This document shows, one piece after another, positions 28,563 through 36,440 of a stretch of 64,000 nt of DNA. Position numbers and translations under genes: made by a program. Source of the DNA: a virus; IMG/VR virus record IMGVR_UViG_3300008740_000712, positions 1 through 64,000 of that record. One strand, written 5' to 3'. The notes beneath the pieces were generated by a model, which had not been told where the DNA came from, made no database searches, and saw only the letters and a program-made list of their open reading frames with translations. Each line of letters starts with the position of its first letter. Position 1 is the stretch's first letter.

Positions 28563-31500
28563 CTACCCGCAGTGATAGGTGCATCCAACGAAGGCTGCTT
28601 TGTAAGTTTGACCGTTGTGTTGTATCTCTTCACACTCGTAAGTAGTTGAGTTTAAATCGAAAAGACAATCTTGGGTGATTTTTGCTACTGTATAGTTGTG
28701 AAGAATGTCATCGTCCTGCTTCATTCCATATCCGGGAATTTCACAAGTGGTAATATAATCACCGTTCTCAATGTTGCCATTGATATTGGTGACGAGTACC
28801 TTCCCTTCTCCAAGAGCATTGTAGTTTATGGCGGGAAGATTCGGGTCTAAGTCTTTCAACTCATGCTCATTCATAAAGTCAGTAAACACACCAGCTACTT
28901 TAGGATCTTTTTGCTGCTGACTTAATCCAACCTGTATCCACGAACGGGATGGACCTCCTGAAGAAATGAGTTCTCCAGTTGAGGAAAGTATCATTCCTGG
29001 TTTCCAATCTCCGTATTGTTCTCCGGACTTTTGCTGAGAAACGTGGGCACCGGTAAATGTAGCATAAGTTACTTCACTGTGAATATACCCCAATAGACTA
29101 TTGGAATCATAAAACTCAACAAACCTTTCGCTGGAATCAAAGTCGTTGTTGGAATCTTCCTGATCATGCCGGAGTCTTAATACCGTCCTTGTTCCAGCAT
29201 CTGTTGTTTCTTCGCAACGGATTTGAGCAACGAGGGTTGAGTTACCGTCAACGCACAACGGTGCGACGGGGGTGGTGGTTCCAATACCCACATTACCCTC
29301 GGCAGTGATTCTCATTCTTTCTGCCTCGGTGCTGTCGCTTGTGGAGAAAGCAAGTGCATTATCTCCAGTATTGATAGATCCTGCCATAAGTCTAGTAAGA
29401 CTACTGTTGACATGACCTATGGAAAAGTAGGGGCTGCCATCAGAGGTTCCTCCGGCATAGAGAAATCCCGTGTTCTCACCGGTGGTGGTGTTTACTAATG
29501 TAAGTTTTTCACTAGATATATGATCTGTCGTTCCAATTGCGACACTCTGATCGTTGATGTGTAGGGAATTTGCTGGAGCATCTCTATCTATTCTGAGAAC
29601 ATTTGTGTCGGTGGTGCTGTTGCTTCTCACCCCAATGTTCAACATGCCGTTGCCAAATCCAGAAGCAGCATCACCGTCATAATCCATGAACGCACCATAT
29701 GTCATAACTTGGCTTCCGTCGGTGTCCTCTGCGAACTCTAATCTACCGGAGAAGTTACTAGCTGAAGAGTTGTCTGCTCCCAAACGGATAGAGACGGTGC
29801 CACCGTCGGCATCACCTTCGATAGAAAGATTTGCGTAGGGAGTTGAAGTGCCAATTCCTACTTTAGCATCATTGACAACCAGTGTATCATTAAAAGTTCC
29901 GTTGTCAGAAACACTACCAAGTGTTATCTTCTGATCTCCGGCATCCCATCCGATCCAACCTCTCTCATTACTGTCTTCTCCAAATCCAAAGAAAGCATCT
30001 GCTCCGGTTCCTGCTTCGAGAGTAACCCTGTTTATAGTGCTGGAATCTGATAAGTCGAAGTCTCCTCCGATAGCAAGAGCAACAGTGGGATCACTTTTAT
30101 TAATACCAACTTTACCCGCATTGGTGATTCTGAACCTTTCCGTACTCTCATTAACAATGTGCAAATCATCGTCAGATCCGTCATTAGTTATTATCCAATC
30201 ATTAGTTCCACTGCGAAGGTGAAGTCTGGAGTCTCCAGATGAATGATCTTGGTGTATTGTTATGTTTGCTGCTGATGTTGAACTATTCTTATAAACCTCT
30301 AGTTGTCCATAGGATACGGAAGTAGACAACCCTATCCCAAGAGAACCGGAGTTATCCAATATCATCTTCACTTCTTCGTCAACTTGATTACCTTCTTGAG
30401 TCGCAAAACACAAGTTTGAAGCTCCGGTGCTGCTGGCATATCCACCCGCAATGGTTGGATTGCCAGAAGAATTTATGCCCAAAGAAATATACTCCGTACT
30501 CTCATCTGCACCCCACACGACCATTGTGTTGAAGTTATCTCCACTCCCCTTTATTCTCGCGACTTCATTTCCGGTTACTCCAGAAGAGTTGACTTGGAAT
30601 TTTCCAAATTGAACTGTGTCTGATGTTCCCACCGATTGTCCGATGGCAACATCGTTAGAATTTACGGTAACACCTGTTCCGGCACCGACTGCTAGGGCAG
30701 TTCCTCCACCACCAGTTAGTCCATTTCCCACGGTAGCAGTTGATATCTTTGCAGCAGTAACGGAATTTGCAAGAATCTTCGCACTTGATACAGCATTGTC
30801 GGCAATCTTTGCAGTGGTGACGTTTGAATCGACAATCTTTGCTGTCTCAACACAGTCAGATGCCAGTGATCCGGCAGGTATGCTCGTCAAAGCACTACCA
30901 TCTCCACTGAACTTGGTTGCAGTAAGAAGACCAGTGCTGGAATTGAATGTTAGATTTGTTCCACTTTTTGGAGCAAGATCCCCAGTTGCAGCAGTTGTGA
31001 AGAGAACATTGCAAGAAGTATCCGAAGACTCGTCGGCAACTGTAACTGTTGTTGCAATTGCTGCGGTGCCAGTAGTATCTTGATTGCCTGATTGATTAAC
31101 ACCTGGAAGGTTAATGTTGGCAGAACCATCGAAACTTACACCTCCGATGGTTCTTGCCGACTCAAGAGCAGTAGCAGTTGCGGCAGTTCCAGTGGTATCT
31201 TGGTTTAGAGTTCCGACAACAAAGTCTAAATTATTATTTGTTGAGTCATAAGAGACATCAATGCCGGTTTCAGTACCATTAAGCATTGCTCCTACTGTAT
31301 CTTCTATAAAAACTTGTAAAGTTGCACCGTCTACAGTGATCGCATCTGCCTCAAGAGTACCGTCGATGTCTGCATTGCCTTCGACATAAAGATTGCCATC
31401 ACCGGGATCTGTTGAGGTTGTACCAACTCGGAGAGCATCTATTCTGGCATAGTCATTAACAAAAAGATCACCCTCGATGGTTGTATTGCCTTCGACATGC

Positions 31501-32810
31501 ATGTGACCATTACCAGGGTCAGTTTCAGTTTGCCCGACTCTTAAAGAGTTTAGCAGAGCATAGTCAGTGACGTTCACAAAACCATAAAATATCGTATCTT
31601 GATTGGTCATCAACATCGTTTTGTTGTTAGTTCCTGCATATGCGCATATGGCATTGGTGTAGAGTTCGATTTTAGTTAGCGAGGAACGTTCTCTCACACT
31701 GTTTACATCCAAGAATCCATCTATTTCTACACCAGCATTTGTGATATTCACCACTTCATCAGATGCGTGGCCTGCATATAATTTTATCTCCTCGTCATCA
31801 AGAAGTATTTTTGTAGTTGTGGGACTATCCGAATTTCGTCTAATCTTGTCTACATAGAGGTCCGCGGAGGCAGAAATATTACCAACAAAATCAAAACCTA
31901 GTCCACTGTCTTTAATGGTAATTGTGCTAGTTCCGTCATTTCCTCCAATGAGGGGAGTGTGGAGAGAGGTGCCTGCTGTGATGGCCGAACCTGAAATATC
32001 TCCGTCAGAATGAAGAGCAAATGGGTGTCGGACAAACTCAATTTTATCAATAGCAAATTCACTCGCAGTGGCGCTGGCATGGGTTAGTCCGACAAAACGT
32101 ACATAAAGAGTTTTGCCAGCATATCCAGATAAATCCACTTCTGCTCTCTTCCAATCTTCATCCTTGGCATCATGCTCGTCGGAAAGTGCCGATACTGAAC
32201 TCGGTGAACCGTCGGCATCTTTGGTCATTGTGGCCTGGGTCCAAGAGGACGCGTCACCACTTAGATACACCCTTAGTGCGTTAGCATTCATTGTGTTATA
32301 CTGAGTATATCCGTAATAGTAGAAAGACAACCTTCCAACGGCATCGAAACGACTAAAGCTCCTTTGCATAACGTAATATTTGTCATACCTGGGCCCAGCA
32401 GTTTCTGTGAATGCAAAATTGTTTCCAGAGTGAGCACTTTCTGGTCCTTTAGAATTTGATGTTATTGTCGTTTGTATACACCATTCAAATCCATTATCTA
32501 CATTACTGCCATCCTTATTTCCTGTTCCGTTTGTCCATGTGCCGTCTGTAGCAGGGTTGCCAGGTGTCGAAGATACTGACAACCCCTCGAAGTCTTCTTT
32601 AAAAATTGTTGCAGATGCATTGTACGAGCTTGGGGGTGTCGTTACCGTGATTCGGTCAGTCGCACGAATGCTCCCGGAAACATCAAGGGTGCCAGAAACC
32701 TGAATTAAGTCATCAGAAGAGTTGCCGAGGGTTACTTTTCCATCTTCAGTGAATCTAAACCCCCAGCTGCCAGACCCTTCCTGTCTGTAACCAATTGCCT
32801 TCTTTGCCAT
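28563..32810 (-). CDS. 1,415-aa fibre/spike protein with MAM-like domain and C-terminal intramolecular-chaperone (peptidase G2/IMC-like) domain
   Basis: MAM-like FKEDFE...GP..AHSG..F.FTET...LSFYYYG...WKRAEVDL...AIDKIEF. Repeated G.VGIGT.TP fibre motifs. C-terminal FTGAH...NALGEG...NG.IENGDYITT..IPGYGMKQDDD.LHNYTVAK. Confidence 0.75.
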   Translation of the reverse strand: MAKKAIGYRQEGSGSWGFRFTEDGKVTLGNSSDDLIQVSGTLDVSGSIRATDRITVTTPPSSYNASATIFKEDFEGLSVSSTPGNPATDGTWTNGTGNKDGSNVDNGFEWCIQTTITSNSKGPESAHSGNNFAFTETAGPRYDKYYVMQRSFSRFDAVGRLSFYYYGYTQYNTMNANALRVYLSGDASSWTQATMTKDADGSPSSVSALSDEHDAKDEDWKRAEVDLSGYAGKTLYVRFVGLTHASATASEFAIDKIEFVRHPFALHSDGDISGSAITAGTSLHTPLIGGNDGTSTITIKDSGLGFDFVGNISASADLYVDKIRRNSDSPTTTKILLDDEEIKLYAGHASDEVVNITNAGVEIDGFLDVNSVRERSSLTKIELYTNAICAYAGTNNKTMLMTNQDTIFYGFVNVTDYALLNSLRVGQTETDPGNGHMHVEGNTTIEGDLFVNDYARIDALRVGTTSTDPGDGNLYVEGNADIDGTLEADAITVDGATLQVFIEDTVGAMLNGTETGIDVSYDSTNNNLDFVVGTLNQDTTGTAATATALESARTIGGVSFDGSANINLPGVNQSGNQDTTGTAAIATTVTVADESSDTSCNVLFTTAATGDLAPKSGTNLTFNSSTGLLTATKFSGDGSALTSIPAGSLASDCVETAKIVDSNVTTAKIADNAVSSAKILANSVTAAKISTATVGNGLTGGGGTALAVGAGTGVTVNSNDVAIGQSVGTSDTVQFGKFQVNSSGVTGNEVARIKGSGDNFNTMVVWGADESTEYISLGINSSGNPTIAGGYASSTGASNLCFATQEGNQVDEEVKMILDNSGSLGIGLSTSVSYGQLEVYKNSSTSAANITIHQDHSSGDSRLHLRSGTNDWIITNDGSDDDLHIVNESTERFRITNAGKVGINKSDPTVALAIGGDFDLSDSSTINRVTLEAGTGADAFFGFGEDSNERGWIGWDAGDQKITLGSVSDNGTFNDTLVVNDAKVGIGTSTPYANLSIEGDADGGTVSIRLGADNSSASNFSGRLEFAEDTDGSQVMTYGAFMDYDGDAASGFGNGMLNIGVRSNSTTDTNVLRIDRDAPANSLHINDQSVAIGTTDHISSEKLTLVNTTTGENTGFLYAGGTSDGSPYFSIGHVNSSLTRLMAGSINTGDNALAFSTSDSTEAERMRITAEGNVGIGTTTPVAPLCVDGNSTLVAQIRCEETTDAGTRTVLRLRHDQEDSNNDFDSSERFVEFYDSNSLLGYIHSEVTYATFTGAHVSQQKSGEQYGDWKPGMILSSTGELISSGGPSRSWIQVGLSQQQKDPKVAGVFTDFMNEHELKDLDPNLPAINYNALGEGKVLVTNINGNIENGDYITTCEIPGYGMKQDDDILHNYTVAKITQDCLFDLNSTTYECEEIQHNGQTYKAAFVGCTYHCG

Positions 32811-33214
32811 TAGTCATTGATTCCCGAACCAGTCATATTAAGGACATCGGGGATAAGGGTCAATTCAGCCGCCAGTTGATAAGTTGTTGCAGAGGCAGAT
32901 GATAGATATACTCTTGAGCATCGAACATCTAATTTGAGACGGCTGAGTGGATTGTTTGCACTTGCTCCGGCCGGTGGTATATCTATGAAATGCTTATTTG
33001 TTAAAACATTCCCGTTGGTGTCCGTGTCGAAGTGGACTCGCAAAGTATTGGAGGCGTGTGTGTTGCAAATTGTGACTGCCTTGGTTACGAAGGGAAACTC
33101 GATCTTGACCTCGTTCCCTGCTCCAATGCTTCCTCCAGCCAAGTATGGTCTGCCAGAAATCTGGTATGCACCTGCTTGCATAGGGCCTGGTTTGTAACTA
33201 TATGAGTTTGACAT
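32810..33214 (-). CDS. 134-aa hypothetical beta-rich structural protein
   Basis: SD GGAG. TAATG overlap with the next gene. Y.PG...GAYQISG.P start. Confidence 0.7.
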   Translation of the reverse strand: MSNSYSYKPGPMQAGAYQISGRPYLAGGSIGAGNEVKIEFPFVTKAVTICNTHASNTLRVHFDTDTNGNVLTNKHFIDIPPAGASANNPLSRLKLDVRCSRVYLSSASATTYQLAAELTLIPDVLNMTGSGIND

Positions 33215-33231
33215 AACTTTTCTCTCCGTCT

Positions 33232-33444
33232 TTAATTAGTTTTGTTCTTCTTCTTTTCATTCTTTTCATGCTCTCTTTTGAGTCTTTTTTTCATTTCCCG
33301 GTTTTTGTCCGAGGGTTTTTCATAATACCGTCGGTTTCTTATTTGTTCAATAATCTTGAATTTCTTAACCTTCTTGCAGAATCTTTTTATAAATCTTTCT
33401 GCTGATTCGCCGGGCTTTGGTTTCATTTTAATATTTGTTGTCAT
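33232..33444 (-). CDS. rpsU: Phage-encoded 30S ribosomal protein bS21
   Basis: ...KPGESAERFIKRFCKKVKKFKIIEQIRNRRYYEKPSDK.R... matches the bS21 pattern ES.E..LKRFK......I..E.R.R.YYEKPS. The start is likely ATG 33444, which forms an ATGA overlap with the upstream gene. Confidence 0.9.
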   Translation of the reverse strand: MTTNIKMKPKPGESAERFIKRFCKKVKKFKIIEQIRNRRYYEKPSDKNREMKKRLKREHEKNEKKKNKTN

Positions 33445-33824
33445 GATCCTGCCAATCTTTTCCAATTTGGATTGTAAATTTTCGATATATCAACTCCAGG
33501 ATCTCTGGGATCTTTGCCACCGAGGGGGTTCGAGGCTTGCGATCCAGCAGATGCTTGCGGTGGTGCAGGAGTGGTTCCTTCGAAAATGTTTGTTCCCCCG
33601 ATGCGCTTGGTCTTCATGGCTTCAATGACTTTATTCGTCTTTTTCTTGATCTCTTCATAGGAAGGTTTCTCGACACTCTCCTTAACAACGACCTGTTGTG
33701 ATGGTTGGATTCCTTCTGTAATTTGCTGCACGACAGACTTCAGGAGTCCCTCCTCCAGCAACATCTCAGTGATGCATTCTTTTATAATAGGTTCTAAAAC
33801 TTTCTTCAAATCAGATTTCTTCAT
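33441..33824 (-). CDS. 127-aa hypothetical head-assembly-region protein
   Basis: MKKSDLKKVLEPIIKECITEMLLEEG start. Fits the operon. Confidence 0.7.
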   Translation of the reverse strand: MKKSDLKKVLEPIIKECITEMLLEEGLLKSVVQQITEGIQPSQQVVVKESVEKPSYEEIKKKTNKVIEAMKTKRIGGTNIFEGTTPAPPQASAGSQASNPLGGKDPRDPGVDISKIYNPNWKRLAGS

Positions 33825-34083
33825 TACCTGCTCCGTTATCTGCCAATGCTTTTACCTTTGTGGCCAAGATTTCCATCTTGTCGGGGTTGCCGAGGATGCT
33901 CAAGACCTTTTCGTATTCGCCTTGTTTGACACCTTCTGCGAGTTCACCCAACATACCGATGACATTTGTCTTTAGTTGTTCGGGAGAAACATTGTATAAT
34001 CCTGGAACATTGATCATGTCTTGCTCTAAGAAAGAAATCTCTTCCATGATAATTTCCTTCAATTTGCCTTTAGTTATTTTCAT
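33811..34083 (-). CDS. 90-aa hypothetical protein (MKITKGKLKEIIMEEI N-terminus)
   Basis: SD GGAGGA lies 6 nt before ATG 34083. Confidence 0.7.
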   Translation of the reverse strand: MKITKGKLKEIIMEEISFLEQDMINVPGLYNVSPEQLKTNVIGMLGELAEGVKQGEYEKVLSILGNPDKMEILATKVKALADNGAGNEEI

Positions 34084-34705
34084 TATCATTCCTCCATATA
34101 ATGTCGTTTAAAATTCTGTTTATTTTATCTGCTTTCGTGAAGATGTTCGGCTCTCCACTTACAATTTTGCTCTCTCGCAGTCCCATGAAGGCACCGGTTG
34201 TGGATGGTTCAGAAACAAAGTCAAAGCAAATAAGTTGGAAGTCGTCCTGCACCATAGTAGATCCTCCCTCAGACTCCGTGACCGAACCAAGACCTCTTGA
34301 AGAAATTCCTAACTTGACGTTTGACTGAACAAGTGATTTCAAGATCTGACCGGATGGGGTATTGAGGATCTCTACCTTTCCCTTCACATCGTTGCCATCC
34401 CACCAAATGTCAGTGACGATGTGGGAAGCATTCTTTAAATTAATGACTGAATCATCTGGGTGATCGAGTTCACCGACTGCTCTTCTTTCTCTGACGAGTT
34501 TGCTGTATGTCTCTACTTCTCTTTCCAGTATTGGTCTGGGGTAGACTCTGCCGTTGCCATTCTTGGCATTTGCTCTTTGCATTACTCCAGAAAGAATTAG
34601 GGCATTGTTCTCCTTAATTCTTCTTTTCTCATCTTCGGTAAGCAGGTCTTCGCAGATTCCCCCCTCACATAACTCAAAAAATTCTCTTAGCAAATACTTC
34701 GACAT
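34070..34705 (-). CDS. Prohead core protease (T4 gp21-like)
   Basis: Motifs GVMQRA...N.NGRVYP, GELDHP, SHIV, GISSRG.GS and DFVSEPST. Confidence 0.95.
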   Translation of the reverse strand: MSKYLLREFFELCEGGICEDLLTEDEKRRIKENNALILSGVMQRANAKNGNGRVYPRPILEREVETYSKLVRERRAVGELDHPDDSVINLKNASHIVTDIWWDGNDVKGKVEILNTPSGQILKSLVQSNVKLGISSRGLGSVTESEGGSTMVQDDFQLICFDFVSEPSTTGAFMGLRESKIVSGEPNIFTKADKINRILNDIIWRNDNENN

Positions 34706-34732
34706 CTCTTTTCCTCTCTGTCAGTTTGTTCC

Positions 34733-34749
34733 AACGGGCATTACCCGTT
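34733..34749 (-). other. RNA hairpin AACGGG-UAAUG-CCCGUU immediately after the micro-ORF UGA
   Basis: Perfect 6-bp inverted repeat starting 4 nt after the TGA at 34756-34754. Confidence 0.7.
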
Positions 34750-34753
34750 CGAG

Positions 34754-34804
34754 TCAGCATCCTTTACGGCATCTTCTCACTGGTTGTAGCATCCATTTTT
34801 TCAT
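34754..34804 (-). CDS. Putative micro-ORF MKKWMLQPVRRCRKGC* (extends to 34721 if UGA is read through)
   Basis: Perfect SD GGAGGT 7 nt before ATG 34804. Nested in the +1 frame of the 3' end of 34764..35081. Confidence 0.5.
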   Translation of the reverse strand: MKKWMLQPVRRCRKGC

Positions 34805-35081
34805 GCCTAATACCTCCATCACCCACAATTTGGATAAGAAAGTAACTTACCCCAGATGATACGCAACCCAAAAGGAGTGGCGTAGTTGGACCTCTATCAA
34901 ACATAAATAGTGAAGTGTGGGGTGAAAATGCCCACAAAAGCACCCCAACCCAGAATCCAATACACATCGGACAACGAAAAAAATGGTACTTCGGCCTTAG
35001 TTTATCGAAAAGTGAACCATAAACTAAAATATTGGTCATCCCGTAAGAACAAAGGATGAAATAAATCATCTCCTCAAACAC
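34764..35081 (-). CDS. Small membrane protein with CPMC motif (DUF1360-like)
   Basis: Hydrophobic segments with FFRCPMCIGFWVG, resembling the DUF1360 C.xC...W pattern. Confidence 0.65.
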   Translation of the reverse strand: MFEEMIYFILCSYGMTNILVYGSLFDKLRPKYHFFRCPMCIGFWVGVLLWAFSPHTSLFMFDRGPTTPLLLGCVSSGVSYFLIQIVGDGGIRHEKMDATTSEKMP

Positions 35082-35623
35082 TATCTATAACCTGGTGTAT
35101 ACCTTCCGTGTGTATCTCTGGTGATGCTTCCCTTCTTCGTGCTGTGGGGGACTTCACCCAACTCTGTTGAGTCTTCCTCTTCCGGATTGAGCAACCTATC
35201 CTGCTCTTGTTGTCGGTAAGCTTTGTCGTATGCGAAATATGGACGTTCCTCTTCCATAAATTTAGATATTGTAAGGAGAACCAAATTATCAGCATCTGCT
35301 GTTTTGGATTCGGGAAACTTTCCCTCAATGGCCCCATAGACGTTGCCACCCTGTACTGTTTCAGGGAGTATCATCCCCTTCTTAACAAGAAAATCAAACA
35401 TTCTATTTTGTGCGCCATAAACGATGTCACTCATCATTTCCTTCGGAAATGCAACAATCTTCTTTTTTTCGGGCATATAAACTATATCTATATCAATGTG
35501 GTCAAAGATCATGACATCTCCGCCCATAGACTTTCTCGCATTCAGTTTTATACTAATGTCCTCGACAACAGGGTCTGATTGTCCCTTGTTGTCAGGAAGA
35601 TCCATTTTAATTTCTATCGTCAT
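35081..35623 (-). CDS. 180-aa hypothetical protein
   Basis: Continuous ORF in the operon, overlapping its neighbours. Confidence 0.7.
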   Translation of the reverse strand: MTIEIKMDLPDNKGQSDPVVEDISIKLNARKSMGGDVMIFDHIDIDIVYMPEKKKIVAFPKEMMSDIVYGAQNRMFDFLVKKGMILPETVQGGNVYGAIEGKFPESKTADADNLVLLTISKFMEEERPYFAYDKAYRQQEQDRLLNPEEEDSTELGEVPHSTKKGSITRDTHGRYTPGYR

Positions 35624-36440
35624 GATTCTCTATTTCCCTTACCAAATCCTGAAATTTTAAAACGTCCTTCAGCATTTCTTCGTTTATTGGTTTTTCTCCA
35701 TGTGATTCCAAGATCGACAAAACCTTGCCGGCAGCTGTCTTCATTTGAGAATCGCACAAGGCATTGTCGGACATCAATCCTTCAATCTTTCTTTTGATCG
35801 TCCCGACCTCTTCATTCAAATATGTCTTCAACTCTAATCCATTGTCAGAAAAAGAAGAGATATACTTCATCAAGAGTGTTTTCTGATTCTCGGACAAAAC
35901 TCCGGAATACTTTTCATTGAATTTTTCCAAAAACTTATTCATAACCAGTTCGTCAATTTGCTCCAACCTCTTCTCCCCTCTCTTGTCTTCGCAAATCATC
36001 TCTTCTATGACTATATTCTCCAACAGAACTCGATCTCGAATGGATGCGTCTGAACTAAACATTTGAGAAATTGTAGCAAGAGACTTAAAGGAGGGGACAA
36101 AAGTGCTAAAAACTCCTGTGTCAAGGTTTTTGTTTATCATTTTTATCAGAGCTGTTTGTTCTGAAAACAGTTTTGTTTTGTCCAGATTGTCATGTCTTCG
36201 TTTTGCCTCTAATATGATCTTTTCTGCAACGGACTTTTCTATCCCCCTGCACTCCAATATAGATCGATAAATTTCGTGCTCTTTAGCAATTTCGGTATCT
36301 TGAAAAAATTCCTTAATAATTTTCATTGCTCTTTGTTTTTTATCGGCATCCTTGTTAATTATCGATTCAGTTATAGTTAATGTAATTGCTTCATAGATGA
36401 AAGCTACATTTCTCTTTTTATTGTGCTTATTCCTCATCAT
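35607..36440 (-). CDS. Helical hypothetical protein downstream of portal (head-assembly region)
   Basis: SD GGAG 6 nt before ATG 36440. Starts M.R.KHNKKRN.AFIYE. Confidence 0.7.
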   Translation of the reverse strand: MMRNKHNKKRNVAFIYEAITLTITESIINKDADKKQRAMKIIKEFFQDTEIAKEHEIYRSILECRGIEKSVAEKIILEAKRRHDNLDKTKLFSEQTALIKMINKNLDTGVFSTFVPSFKSLATISQMFSSDASIRDRVLLENIVIEEMICEDKRGEKRLEQIDELVMNKFLEKFNEKYSGVLSENQKTLLMKYISSFSDNGLELKTYLNEEVGTIKRKIEGLMSDNALCDSQMKTAAGKVLSILESHGEKPINEEMLKDVLKFQDLVREIENHDDRN

